NCBI GenBank assembly: GCA_937860055.1
Contig: CALMBO010000028.1
Coordinates: 21,881-85,880, forward strand
Length of the DNA stretch: 64,000 nt
From: an uncultured Verrucomicrobiota bacterium
GTDB taxonomy: Bacteria > Verrucomicrobiota > Kiritimatiellia > CAIQIC01 > Lenti-01
Direction: 5' to 3'
Shown: positions 37,252 through 49,565 of the stretch, piece by piece
Layout: every line of letters starts with the position of its first letter
Numbering within the stretch: the stretch's first letter is position 1
The notes under the pieces: generated by a model
The model's database searches: none
The model's input: the letters and a program-made list of their open reading frames with translations, nothing else
What the model was told of the DNA's origin: nothing
Position numbers and translations under genes: made by a program

Positions 37252-37958
37252 CTCCGCAAGCCGTCATCTTGGTCGGGGGGCTGGGAACGCGCCTGGCCGA
37301 GGAGTTCCCCGACATCCCCAAGGGGCTCGTGCCCGTCAATGGCCGGCCTTTCCTCGAATGGCAGCTGGAGTGGCTCCGGCGCGGAGGCATCACGCGGATC
37401 CTCCTCGCGGCCGGGCACAAGGCCGAGGTGTTCGAGCGCTACCTCATGCACCGCCCGAGCGACGGCATGGTCATCGTCCTTTCCCGCGAACCCGGGCCCC
37501 TCGGCACCGGCGGCGCGCTCCGGTACGCCCACGCCCAGGACCTCCTCGCCAACGATCCCGTCCTGATCCTCAACGGCGACACGCTGATCCCGAACTTCGA
37601 CCTCTCTACGGTTTTCCACGGTGTGGAAAAAAGGTTTCCACCGTGTGGAAAAATCTTCGTCGCCCCCATCGAGAACGCCGGGCGCTACGGGACGGTGGAG
37701 TTCGGCGCGGACGGCATCGTGGCCGCTTTCCGGGAAAAGGCGAAGCGCGACGCCGGCTTCGTGAATGCGGGCATCTACCTGCTTCCGCTCGACCTCATCG
37801 CCTCCATCCCGCCGGGCCAGGCGGTCTCGATCGAGAAGGAGATCTTCCCGGAACTGGTCCGGCAGCGCCGGCTGGTGGCGGTCCCCGTTTCGCCGCCGCT
37901 GCTCGACATGGGCACGCTCGACGGCCTCGCCAAGATGGAAGCGTTCCTGCAGGCGTGA
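37248..37958 (+). CDS. sugar-1-phosphate nucleotidyltransferase (NTP_transferase family)
   Basis: MTPQAVILVGGLGTRL...GKGLVPVNGRPFLEWQL...LNGDTL motifs. Contains the in-frame palindromic repeat at 37612-37653. Confidence 0.75.
   Translation: MTPQAVILVGGLGTRLAEEFPDIPKGLVPVNGRPFLEWQLEWLRRGGITRILLAAGHKAEVFERYLMHRPSDGMVIVLSREPGPLGTGGALRYAHAQDLLANDPVLILNGDTLIPNFDLSTVFHGVEKRFPPCGKIFVAPIENAGRYGTVEFGADGIVAAFREKAKRDAGFVNAGIYLLPLDLIASIPPGQAVSIEKEIFPELVRQRRLVAVPVSPPLLDMGTLDGLAKMEAFLQA
37612..37653. repeat. two tandem copies of palindrome TTTCCAC-N4-GTGGAAAAA inside the nucleotidyltransferase CDS
   Basis: ttttccacggtgtggaaaaaagg tttccaccgtgtggaaaaa. Same core as the repeats at 15927-16010. Translated in frame as ...TVFHGVEKRFPPCGKIF.... 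Confidence 0.5.
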
Positions 37959-37986
37959 GCCGCGTTCCCCCGCGCCGGAAAACCGC

Positions 37987-40611
<2,625 letters not shown>

Positions 40612-40781
40612 GGCATCCCGAATCCTTTCCGACGCCCAAGAATAGCGCAAGCCGGCGGGGATTTCAAATGCCGTCCGGAGGCGAAATCCCGAAATGGGCA
40701 GTTGCGGCGGAAACGCTCGGCGGCTATGCTGTAGGCAATCGGCATCCCCTACATGCCGGAGACAGGTTTCAAGGAAAACGA

Positions 40782-43700
40782 ATGAAGGCTCGAATGCTGC
40801 AGGAAGCAAAGCCTCAGCACGCGTTGGGCGTGATCGTGGGCGCCGCCGCATTGATGGTGCTGACCGCGATCTTCGCCGGCTGGGCCTTCTGGCGGCAGGA
40901 CCGCCTGATGCGCGAGGATCTGCTGCACCAGACCCGCCTGCTGGTGCAGACCCTCAACCCGAACAACCTGAAGAAGCTCGACGGGAACATCTCCGACGAG
41001 AACAAGCCGGAATACCGCCGCCTCAAGGCCCAGCTCATGGCGGCGCAGCAGATCGATCCCGACTGGCAGTGGATCTATCTGATGGGCCGCACGACCAACC
41101 GCACCGTCTTCTTCCAGATGGATTCCGAGGCCTACGACGCTCCCGACCCTTCTCCTCCGGGCCAGACCTACGAGGAAGCCACTGACACTCTCCACGGCGT
41201 GTTTGATGCCGGCCGGTCAACCGTCGAGGGGCCGGTGCCGGACCGCTGGGGCGTCTGGGTCAGCGCCTTCGTTCCGGTGAAGGATCCGCGGACCGGACGA
41301 TTGCTGTCCGTGGCGGGCATCGACATCGAGGCGAGCCGCTGGAACCGGATGCGGATGTGCGCCATGTGGATCCCGCTGGCCTCCGGACTGGCCCTGCTCG
41401 CCCTTTGGCTGGGGGGAAACTATCTGCTGGCCCTCCGGGCGCGGCTGGAGACCGGCCGGACCCGGATGTTCCGCTACCTGGAATCCTTCCTGGCCGCGGC
41501 CACCGGCCTGGTCCTGACCGCCACCATCGCCTGGCTGATCCACCAGATCGAAGTGCGCAACCAGCAGATCGCCTTCCGCCGGCTGGCCGACATCGAAGCC
41601 AATCCGATCTTCAGCATCGCCGAGGACCTCCGGAACCTGGAAATGAACGGGTTCGCCTCCTTCTTTGAAAGCAGCGACGAGGTGACCGACGAGGAATTCC
41701 GCCAGTACGCCGCGCATCTGTCCAGCATCTCGGAGGTGGTGTTCTGGGGATGGGCCGACACGGTGGAGGCGAAGGACCGGCCCGGGTTCGAGGCCGCCGC
41801 CGCCGCCAGAACAGACAAGCCGGACTACCACATCTGGGAACTGGACGCGACCGGCTCGTCTCAAACGGCGGCCGCCCGGGACCGGTACTATCCGATCGTC
41901 CACATGGCCCCGAGGGAAGAATACGATTTTGCCCTCGGCTATGACATCGGCTCGGCCACTCCGCAAGGCACCCTGGCGCTGGGATTCGCCCTCCAGACCC
42001 GCCTGCCCACCGCCATCGAACCGATCCCCATCCTGCAATCCCAATACCGCGGCAAAGTGCTGTGCCTGGTCCGCCGGGCCTCCCGGCCGGGCCATCCCAA
42101 GCGCCTCAACGGCCTCGTCGTGGCCGGCCTGAACATCCAGCGCTGGCTGAATGCCAGCCTGAACATGAATCCCGACCGCCGGCCCATGGCGACCCTCGAC
42201 CTGCTGGAAATGCGCCACGGGCTGTCCCCGGTCTGGCTCGGCACGACCGCGCAACGGGCGGGAAAAGAACCCCTGCTGGACCTGCAGCCCCTTCCCTCCG
42301 GAGCCATTGTCCGTCCCCTCCTCACCTTCGGGAAAACCTATGCGGTCGTGGCCCGGCCGACGGCGGCCTTCATCCGCCTCCAGAAATCGACGGTCTGGCT
42401 GGTGGCCCTGGTTGGCCTGATCCTCACCGGCACCAGCGCCTGGCTGCTCGGGTTTTTTGCCAACCGCCGAGAGAACCTGGCGCGCCTGGTGAACGAGCAG
42501 AGCCGCGACCTGGCCGCCAGCATGCACCACTACGGCTTGCTGGCAAAGCAGAGCCGGGTCATCACCTGGGAGCTCGACATCGACGGGTATTACGTCGACA
42601 TCAGCGACATGGCCGAGCTCATCCTCGGATACCGGCCGGACGAAATCATCGGCAAGCTGCATTTCTACGACCTGTGCCCGGACGAATACCGCGAGGAATT
42701 CAAGCGGGAGGGCTTGAAGCTCTTCCACGCCGGCCAGCCCGTCACGGACATGGTCAACGCCATGGTGGCCAAGTCGGGCAAGATCGTCTGGGTCTCCAGC
42801 AGCGCCATCCCCATCCGGGACGCGCAGGGCAACCTGACGGGATACTGGGGAACCGACACGGACATCACCGACCGGAAGCTCGCCGAAGAAGCCATGGAGC
42901 GGCTGGCCCGGGAAAAGCAGGAGGCGGCCGATCGCTACGCCGCCCTCATCAAGGCTTCGAACACCGGCGCCTGGGAATACGACGACTCGACCCGGCGGAT
43001 GTGGTGCAGTCCGGAATACTTCACCATGCTGGGCTACGACCCCCGCGAGTTCGACCTGCCCCCGGAACGGCAGACGGTCCAGTCCTTCTGGCTGGATCTG
43101 ATCCATCCCGGCGACCGGGAAGCCGCCGCCGGCTATCTGGCCAGCTATCTGGCCAACCCCGGACGGCCCTACGACTGTCGATTCCGCATGCAACGCAAGA
43201 ATGGCCAGTGGGCCTGGATCTGGTCGCGCGGCCAGATGCTGTCCGACAAGAACGGGAACCCCACCTCCCGGATCGTGGGCACCCACATCGACATCACCGA
43301 CAGCATGCACGCCGAGGAGGCGGTGCGCGAAAGCGAGCAGAAATACCGCATGCTGACGGAAAGCATGAAGGATGTGGTCTGGATCCTGGATGCCGAAACC
43401 CTGCGCTTCCTCTACGTGAGCCCGTCGGTCGAACGGCTGCGGGGATTCACCCCCGCCGAGGTCATGGCCGGCACCGTGGAGGCAACTCTGGCCCCGGGCC
43501 AGATCGGGAAGCTGCAGGAAATGCTCCGCGTGCATGCCGAAGAGTTCCGGCGAGGAAAAATCCAGTCCGATTCCTTCTTCGTCATCGAACTGCTCCAGCC
43601 CCGCAAGGACGGCACCATTGTCACCACCGAGGCGGTTGTCCGCTTCTGGCTGAACCGGCAGACCGGCCGCCTCGAACTCCACGGCGTCACCCGCGACATC

Positions 43701-46391
43701 ACCGACCGCAAACTCGCCGAGAAGGCCCTGGCGGACGCCGTGGAGCGCTACGACCTCCTGGCGAAGCAGAACCGCATCGTCACGTGGGCGATCGACCTCC
43801 AGGGACTCTATACCAGCCTGGGCCCCGAAACCCCCGCCGTCGCCGACTATTCCGCGGAAACCCTCGTCGGCAAGACCCATTTCTACGAGCTGCATCCGGA
43901 GGAGGGGCGCGAGGACTTCAAGGCGAAGGTGCTGGGATTCGTCAAACGGGGCGAACCCTTCCGGAACCTCGTCCATCCCGTGGTGACGGGCTCCGGCGGC
44001 ATCGTCTGGGTTTCCAGCAATGGAATCCCCATGCGCGACAGCCAGGGGAACATCGCGGGATCCTGGGGCACCAGCACCGACATCACCGACCTCCGCCGTG
44101 CCGAACAGGACTATCGCACGCTCTTCCAGAACATGATCGAGGGGTTCGCCCTCCACGAAATCGTCTGCGACGTCCGGGGCCGCCCCGTCGACTACCGCTT
44201 CCTGGCGGTCAACCCCGCCTTCGAACGGCTCACGGGATTGAAGGCCGCGGACATCATCGGCAAGACCGCTCGGGAAGTGCTGCCCAACCTCGAAGAAAGT
44301 TGGATCGAAACCTTCGGCAACGTGGTCCAGACCGGCCTGCCGGCGTTTTTCGACAACCACTCCACGCCGCTGGGCCGCCAGTTCGAGGTGACCGCCTTCC
44401 GGTCGGGGGCCGGCCAGTTCGCCTCCATTTTCAACGACATCACCGAACGAAACCTCATCGAAACCGAGCTGCGGGAAAGCCGCCGGCGCTATGCCGCGCT
44501 GCTGGCCAGCCTGCCCGGCATGGCCTACCGCTGCCGGAACGACCAGGACTGGACCATGGAATTTGCCAGCCAGGGTTCGCTGGAGCTGACCGGCTATGCC
44601 CCCGCCGACCTGGTCCAGAACAAGGTCATCTCCTTCAACAAGCTGATCCGCGCCCCCTATCGGGAACAGGTGTGGAACGATTGGCAGCAGGCCATCCGCG
44701 AACACCGCCGGTACGAGGGGGAATATGAAATCTCCACCCGCGACGGGGAAACCAAATGGGCATGGGAGCAGGGCGAGGCCATCTACGACGAGCAGGACCG
44801 CGTCGTCGCCCTGGAAGGCTTCATCTCCGACATCACCGCCCGCAAGCGCGCCGAAACCGAACGCGAGCAGCTGATCCGCGCCATCGAGCAGTCCGGGGAG
44901 ACGATCCTCATCACCGATCCCGATGGCACCATCCTCTATGTGAACCCCGCCTTCACCCGGATCACCGGCTACACCCGCGAGGAAGCCATCGGCCAGACCC
45001 CCCGCCTCCTGTCCAGCGGCAAGCACGACAAGGAATTCTACCGCGAGATGTGGAAAACCCTGGAGGCCGGCCAGACCTGGGAAGGCCAGCTCATCAACAA
45101 GCGCAAGGATGGCACGCTCTATACCGAACAGGCATCCATCTCGCCCGTGCGCGACATCGCCGGACGCATCGTCAACTTCGTCGCCGTCAAGCGCGACATC
45201 TCCCAGCAGCTCCGGGACCAGGAGGAAAAGGAAGCCTTGGAATCCCAGCTCGTGCATGCGCAGAAGCTGGAATCCGTGGGCCGCCTCGCGGGCGGCGTGG
45301 CCCACGACTTCAACAACATGCTCCAAGCCATCCTCGGCTACACCGAGATCGCCATCGAACAGGTGCCGGTGGGCCAGCCCCTCCATGCCGATCTCCTCGA
45401 GATCCAGAAGGCCGCCCAGCGTTCCACCTCCCTGACCCGCCAGCTCCAGACATTCGCGCGGAAACAGGTTTCCTCCCCCCGCGTGCTGAACATCAACGAG
45501 GCCGTCGAAGGCATGTCCGCCATGTTGCGGCGCCTGATCGGCGAAGGGGTCCAGCTGGTCTGGAAGCCCGGCAAGGATCTCGGCACCGTCAAGATCGACC
45601 CCAGCCAGCTCGACCAGATCGTGGCCAACCTCTGCATCAACGCCCGCGATGCCATCGGCAAGGAAGGCCATATCACCCTCGAAACCGGCAACGCGGAGAT
45701 CCCCGATGCCGGAGGGCGCCCCCATGGCGACATTGCCCCCGGCTCCTACACCCTGCTCACCGTCCGCGACGACGGCTGCGGCATGAGACCGGATGTGCTC
45801 GAACATATTTTCGAACCGTTCTTCACCACCAAGCCGATCGGCAAGGGCACCGGCCTTGGCCTCTCCACCGTCTACGGCATCGTCAAGCAGAACCACGGCG
45901 CCATCCTCGTGGACAGCGCGGAGGGAAAGGGTTCCACCTTCCGGATCTACCTCCCCCGATACACGGGAGAGGAGGAAACCCCCGCCGGACCGGCCGAAAA
46001 GGAGACCCTGGCCTCCTCCCGGCACGAAGTCATCCTGCTCGTCGAGGACGAGGAAACCATCCTCCGCACCACCCGCCGGATCCTCGAATCCCTCGGCTAC
46101 AAGGTACTGGCAACCCCTTCCCCCAAAGAGGCCATCCAGCTCTTCGAAAGCCACAAGGGGCGGATCGACCTGCTGCTCACCGATGTGATCATGCCCGGCA
46201 TGAACGGCCCGGAACTGGTCCGGCACCTGCTGGAGAAGCACCCCCGGCTCAAGTACCTGTTCATGTCGGGCTACACCGCCAACCTGCTGGCGGAACAGGG
46301 GGTCAAGGAAAACAACGCGGACTTCATCCAGAAGCCGTTTTCCAGGAAAATGCTCGCGGAAAAGGTGAAGTCCGCCATCGGGCGGAGATAG
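40782..46391 (+). CDS. multi-PAS hybrid sensor histidine kinase/response regulator (1869 aa)
   Basis: N-terminal TM plus periplasmic-like domain and a second TM region. At least 8 PAS/PAC modules (recurring ...ITDRKLAEE..., WEYD, TGYW motifs). HisKA ([20 protein letters not shown]), HATPase ([13 protein letters not shown]), C-terminal receiver domain ([12 protein letters not shown]). Start at MKARMLQ preceded by AAGGA. Confidence 0.85.
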   Translation: MKARMLQEAKPQHALGVIVGAAALMVLTAIFAGWAFWRQDRLMREDLLHQTRLLVQTLNPNNLKKLDGNISDENKPEYRRLKAQLMAAQQIDPDWQWIYLMGRTTNRTVFFQMDSEAYDAPDPSPPGQTYEEATDTLHGVFDAGRSTVEGPVPDRWGVWVSAFVPVKDPRTGRLLSVAGIDIEASRWNRMRMCAMWIPLASGLALLALWLGGNYLLALRARLETGRTRMFRYLESFLAAATGLVLTATIAWLIHQIEVRNQQIAFRRLADIEANPIFSIAEDLRNLEMNGFASFFESSDEVTDEEFRQYAAHLSSISEVVFWGWADTVEAKDRPGFEAAAAARTDKPDYHIWELDATGSSQTAAARDRYYPIVHMAPREEYDFALGYDIGSATPQGTLALGFALQTRLPTAIEPIPILQSQYRGKVLCLVRRASRPGHPKRLNGLVVAGLNIQRWLNASLNMNPDRRPMATLDLLEMRHGLSPVWLGTTAQRAGKEPLLDLQPLPSGAIVRPLLTFGKTYAVVARPTAAFIRLQKSTVWLVALVGLILTGTSAWLLGFFANRRENLARLVNEQSRDLAASMHHYGLLAKQSRVITWELDIDGYYVDISDMAELILGYRPDEIIGKLHFYDLCPDEYREEFKREGLKLFHAGQPVTDMVNAMVAKSGKIVWVSSSAIPIRDAQGNLTGYWGTDTDITDRKLAEEAMERLAREKQEAADRYAALIKASNTGAWEYDDSTRRMWCSPEYFTMLGYDPREFDLPPERQTVQSFWLDLIHPGDREAAAGYLASYLANPGRPYDCRFRMQRKNGQWAWIWSRGQMLSDKNGNPTSRIVGTHIDITDSMHAEEAVRESEQKYRMLTESMKDVVWILDAETLRFLYVSPSVERLRGFTPAEVMAGTVEATLAPGQIGKLQEMLRVHAEEFRRGKIQSDSFFVIELLQPRKDGTIVTTEAVVRFWLNRQTGRLELHGVTRDITDRKLAEKALADAVERYDLLAKQNRIVTWAIDLQGLYTSLGPETPAVADYSAETLVGKTHFYELHPEEGREDFKAKVLGFVKRGEPFRNLVHPVVTGSGGIVWVSSNGIPMRDSQGNIAGSWGTSTDITDLRRAEQDYRTLFQNMIEGFALHEIVCDVRGRPVDYRFLAVNPAFERLTGLKAADIIGKTAREVLPNLEESWIETFGNVVQTGLPAFFDNHSTPLGRQFEVTAFRSGAGQFASIFNDITERNLIETELRESRRRYAALLASLPGMAYRCRNDQDWTMEFASQGSLELTGYAPADLVQNKVISFNKLIRAPYREQVWNDWQQAIREHRRYEGEYEISTRDGETKWAWEQGEAIYDEQDRVVALEGFISDITARKRAETEREQLIRAIEQSGETILITDPDGTILYVNPAFTRITGYTREEAIGQTPRLLSSGKHDKEFYREMWKTLEAGQTWEGQLINKRKDGTLYTEQASISPVRDIAGRIVNFVAVKRDISQQLRDQEEKEALESQLVHAQKLESVGRLAGGVAHDFNNMLQAILGYTEIAIEQVPVGQPLHADLLEIQKAAQRSTSLTRQLQTFARKQVSSPRVLNINEAVEGMSAMLRRLIGEGVQLVWKPGKDLGTVKIDPSQLDQIVANLCINARDAIGKEGHITLETGNAEIPDAGGRPHGDIAPGSYTLLTVRDDGCGMRPDVLEHIFEPFFTTKPIGKGTGLGLSTVYGIVKQNHGAILVDSAEGKGSTFRIYLPRYTGEEETPAGPAEKETLASSRHEVILLVEDEETILRTTRRILESLGYKVLATPSPKEAIQLFESHKGRIDLLLTDVIMPGMNGPELVRHLLEKHPRLKYLFMSGYTANLLAEQGVKENNADFIQKPFSRKMLAEKVKSAIGRR

Positions 46392-46404
46392 CCCCGCCGG
46401 GACT

Positions 46405-47190
46405 TCACACCCCCGGAACCGGCGGGAGATGGACCGCCACGCCCTGGCCGGAAAGGTAGGCCTTGACCTGGCGCACGGTGAAGATCCCGAAATGGAAAAC
46501 GCTGGCGGCCAGCAAGGTGCTGGCATGGCCTTCCTTCACCGCTTCCAGGAAATGGATCAGCTTGCCCGCCCCCCCGCTGGCCACCGTGGGCAAACGGGTC
46601 GCATCGGCGATGCCGCGGATGAGATCCAGGTCGTAGCCGCGCTTGGAGCCGTCGCCCAGCTTGCTGGTCGGGAGCATCGTCCCCGCGCCCAGGTCCGCCA
46701 TCTTCTTCGCGAATTCCACCGCATCCGCCCCGGTCGGCGTGCGGCCGCCATCGATATACACCTCCCGCTTCGAGGGAAGCTTTGCATTGCGGTCCGCATC
46801 GATCGCCACCACGATGGCCTTGCCCCCGAACCGCTTCACGGCCTCGGCCACGAAAGCCGGATCGCGGAAAGCCGCCGAGGAAATGCTCACCTTCTTCGCT
46901 CCGGCCTCCAGCGCCGATTCCACATCGGCCAGCGACCGGATCCCCCCCCCGACCGTCACCGGGATCTTCACGGCGGAGGTCACGCGCCGAAGCACGTCGA
47001 ACATCGTGCGGCGCTTCTCGACCGTGGCGGTGATGTCGAGGAACCCAAGCTCGTCCGCCCCGTCGGCTTCATAGGCCGTGGCGCAGGCCACCGGATCGCC
47101 GGCATCGACCAGATCCACGAAATGGATCCCCTTGACCACCCGGCCCTCTCGCATGTCCAGGCACGGCATGATGCTGACGGTTCGCTTCAT
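46405..47190 (-). CDS. hisF: imidazole glycerol phosphate synthase cyclase subunit
   Basis: MPCLDMREGRVVKG...TVGGGIRSL...DADR motifs of HisF, 261 aa. Confidence 0.85.
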   Translation of the reverse strand: MKRTVSIMPCLDMREGRVVKGIHFVDLVDAGDPVACATAYEADGADELGFLDITATVEKRRTMFDVLRRVTSAVKIPVTVGGGIRSLADVESALEAGAKKVSISSAAFRDPAFVAEAVKRFGGKAIVVAIDADRNAKLPSKREVYIDGGRTPTGADAVEFAKKMADLGAGTMLPTSKLGDGSKRGYDLDLIRGIADATRLPTVASGGAGKLIHFLEAVKEGHASTLLAASVFHFGIFTVRQVKAYLSGQGVAVHLPPVPGV

Positions 47191-47258
47191 CTTTCCACCC
47201 CTTTGCGGTCATTCCCAGACCTGACGGGGGGAAACATACTCCTCTTTCCCTTCCCGGG

Positions 47259-47292
47259 CAAAGAAAAACGCCGCAGGGAAAACCCTGCGGCG
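47259..47292 (-). terminator. intrinsic terminator (GC hairpin plus T-run) downstream of DUF2934 gene
   Basis: Minus strand: CGCCGCAGGG-TTTT-CCCTGCGGCG followed by TTTTTCTTTG. Confidence 0.5.
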
Positions 47293-47323
47293 GTCTCGAT
47301 CCCTCTTCGGGAAAGGGAGTGGA

Positions 47324-47575
47324 TCAGTTCAACTTGGTGTTGATTTCGGCCTCGGCCAAAGACCAGAAATAGGCGCTGTCGCCATTGAAACCATGGCGCT
47401 CGGCGATGTAGTACGCCGCTTCCTCGATCATCTTGTAGCGCTGTTCCGGGTTGACCGGCTTGCTCTGGACGGCGGCCTTGGGAGCCACCTTCACAACCGG
47501 CTTTTTGCCCGAAGCGGCCTTGGGCGCCGCTTTCGGAGCCACCTTCTTGGCGGACGATTTCTTGATTTCCTTCAT
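47324..47575 (-). CDS. small basic protein, Lys/Ala-rich N-terminus plus DUF2934
   Basis: KKVAPKAAPKAASGKKPVVKVAPKAA histone-H1-like tail; C-terminal PEQRYKMIEEAAYYIAERHGF (DUF2934). Confidence 0.55.
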   Translation of the reverse strand: MKEIKKSSAKKVAPKAAPKAASGKKPVVKVAPKAAVQSKPVNPEQRYKMIEEAAYYIAERHGFNGDSAYFWSLAEAEINTKLN

Positions 47576-47944
47576 CTTCTACTCCTTGCTCCGGGGCGGA
47601 TCCGAAGCGTTGCGGGTTCACTTTTCCTGCCCCCCACAGCGGGGTGCAAATCTGCGCGAACTCTATTTCACATGGGGGGGATTGCAAGTCCTTTTTCTCC
47701 CTCCGCCATCGGAAGAAACCCGTTGGGAAACCTATCCATTACGCGCATCTTTCGAATGGACAGGCAGATAGGGAAATCTAAAAGATAAATCGTTTTACCC
47801 TGAATATTTTTGATTCGTGCGCTGGATTTTTTAATCCAAATGGCGGAAATCGATAAAAACCGGGCTTTGACAATTTTCCCAAGGCCATCCCTTTTATTCC
47901 AAAAATGAGAGGAATCCGGCCGTCCAAAGCGCTGGTTCGCCGTT

Positions 47945-48664
47945 CTAAGGCCGTTCCCGGGAATCCAACCCGTCCAACGCGCACCGGGCGGCATTCATCT
48001 CCGCCTCGCGCTTGCTGGCGCCCTCTCCCTCCCCCATCCGGTCTTCTCCCCAAAAGACCGCCGCCTTGAAGTGGCGGGCATGGGAGGGCCCGCTTTCCTC
48101 GACCAGCTCGTAGCGGGGGCTTTCCTTCCTCTCCCGCTGCATCCGCTCCTGCAGCTCCCCCTTGGGATTGTCGTCTCCCCCGGCCTCGACCGCCTCGGCG
48201 ATCTCGGCGGCAAACCACGTTGCAAACACTTCGCGCACCGGACCGGCCCCCCCATCGAGCCAAAGCGCGCCCAGCACCGCTTCGAGCGCATCGGCCAGCA
48301 GCGCACCCTTGTCCCTCCCCCCGCTTTGTTCCTCTCCCCGCCCCAGCCGCAGGAAATCCCCCAGCTCCAGCTTGCGCGCCACCCGCGCCAGCGCGGCGGC
48401 GTTCGTCAGGCGGCTGCGCACCTTGGTCAACGTGCCCTCCCGCCAGTCGCTCCGGTGCGCCACGAGCCACTCGGCCGAAACCGCTCCCAGCACCGCATCG
48501 CCCAGGAATTCCAGCCGCTGGCTCTCCGCCAGCTCCGGCCGTCCCGTCTCCGCCGAATGCGAACGGTGGGTCAGCGCCGCCTCCAGGAGCTCCGGCCGCT
48601 GGAACACATGCCCCAGGCGCATTTCCAGCTCCTGCTGTTCGGGTCCGGAAGAGTCCATGCTCAT
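47945..48664 (-). CDS. rnc: ribonuclease III
   Basis: RNase III signature ERLEFLGDAVLG and C-terminal dsRBD. Confidence 0.85.
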   Translation of the reverse strand: MSMDSSGPEQQELEMRLGHVFQRPELLEAALTHRSHSAETGRPELAESQRLEFLGDAVLGAVSAEWLVAHRSDWREGTLTKVRSRLTNAAALARVARKLELGDFLRLGRGEEQSGGRDKGALLADALEAVLGALWLDGGAGPVREVFATWFAAEIAEAVEAGGDDNPKGELQERMQRERKESPRYELVEESGPSHARHFKAAVFWGEDRMGEGEGASKREAEMNAARCALDGLDSRERP

Positions 48665-49554
48665 GCCCTCGGATGGTATTGGTGGTGGACCGACTGCAAC
48701 CGGCCCTGGTCCACATGCGTATAGATCTGCGTCGTCGAGATGTCCGCGTGCCCGAGCATCTCCTGGATCACCCGCAGCGAGGCCCCGTTGGCCAGGAGGT
48801 GCGAGGCGAAGGAATGCCGCAGCGTGTGCGGCGAGATTTCCTTGCGGATGCCCGCGCGCCGCGCATAGGTCCGGATGTGCCGCCACAGCGTGATGCGCGT
48901 CAGGGGCTTTCCCTGCCGCGACAGGAACACCGCGCGGCTGGCGCCTCCGCCTTTCGCGGCGTAGGCGGGCCGGCCGCGCTCCAGCCACGCCTGCACCGCG
49001 GACATCGCCCGCCCCCCGATGGGCACCACGCGCTCCTTGTCGCCCTTGCCCACGCACCGGATGTATTCCGCGTCGAAATGCAGCGATTCCAGCGCCAGCC
49101 CCGCCAGTTCGCTCACCCGCAGGCCCGTCGCATAGAAGGTTTCCAGGATCGCCCGGTCGCGCAAGCCGCGCGGCGTGGAAACATCGGGCGCGGCGAGCAG
49201 GCGATCCACCTCGTCCACCGTCAGCGTCGGCGGCAGGATCTTCCACAGCCGCGGCGAATCCATCGCGTCGGCCACGTTCGTCGCCAGCAGTCCCTCGCGC
49301 GAAAGATGCCGGAAAAAGACCTTGATGGCGACCAGGCGCCTCGCGAGGCTCGGGGCCGCCAGCCCCTTCTGCTTGCCCTCCATCAGGAAATCGAGGATGT
49401 CGCGCCGTTCCACCTCCTGGATGCCGGCGCGGCCCTTCCGCGACAGGAACGCCAGGAATTCGGACAGGTCGTGCCCATAGCCCAGCCGCGTGTTCGGACT
49501 CAGCCCGCGCTCCAGCGCCAGGTAGTCCATGAACTGGTCGAGCAGGAAGCGCAT
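48661..49554 (-). CDS. tyrosine recombinase XerC/XerD
   Basis: R...HxxR...Y catalytic residues (TLRHSFASHLL, LGHADISTTQIYTHV), 297 aa; housekeeping context (rnc, pepA). Confidence 0.8.
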   Translation of the reverse strand: MRFLLDQFMDYLALERGLSPNTRLGYGHDLSEFLAFLSRKGRAGIQEVERRDILDFLMEGKQKGLAAPSLARRLVAIKVFFRHLSREGLLATNVADAMDSPRLWKILPPTLTVDEVDRLLAAPDVSTPRGLRDRAILETFYATGLRVSELAGLALESLHFDAEYIRCVGKGDKERVVPIGGRAMSAVQAWLERGRPAYAAKGGGASRAVFLSRQGKPLTRITLWRHIRTYARRAGIRKEISPHTLRHSFASHLLANGASLRVIQEMLGHADISTTQIYTHVDQGRLQSVHHQYHPRA

Positions 49555-49565
49555 CGAACCGGGTT

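Noticed and set aside
41217-46526. 1769-aa ORF on the minus strand antisense to the sensor kinase
   Set aside because: Entirely overlaps a gene with clear PAS/HisKA/HATPase/REC motifs on the plus strand. Its translation is Gly/Arg/Ala-rich low complexity typical of GC-rich antisense frames. Treated as a shadow ORF.
47576-47944. AT-rich 370-bp intergenic region as a possible tRNA or small RNA gene
   Set aside because: No cloverleaf-compatible segments or tRNA-like conserved boxes were recognisable by eye. Retained only as a possible promoter or sRNA region in the findings.
48661-49554. Tyrosine recombinase as marker of an integrated mobile element or prophage
   Set aside because: Sequence and context (between rnc and pepA, no flanking phage, transposase or att-like repeats, no GC shift) fit the housekeeping XerC/XerD chromosome-dimer resolvase rather than an integrase.
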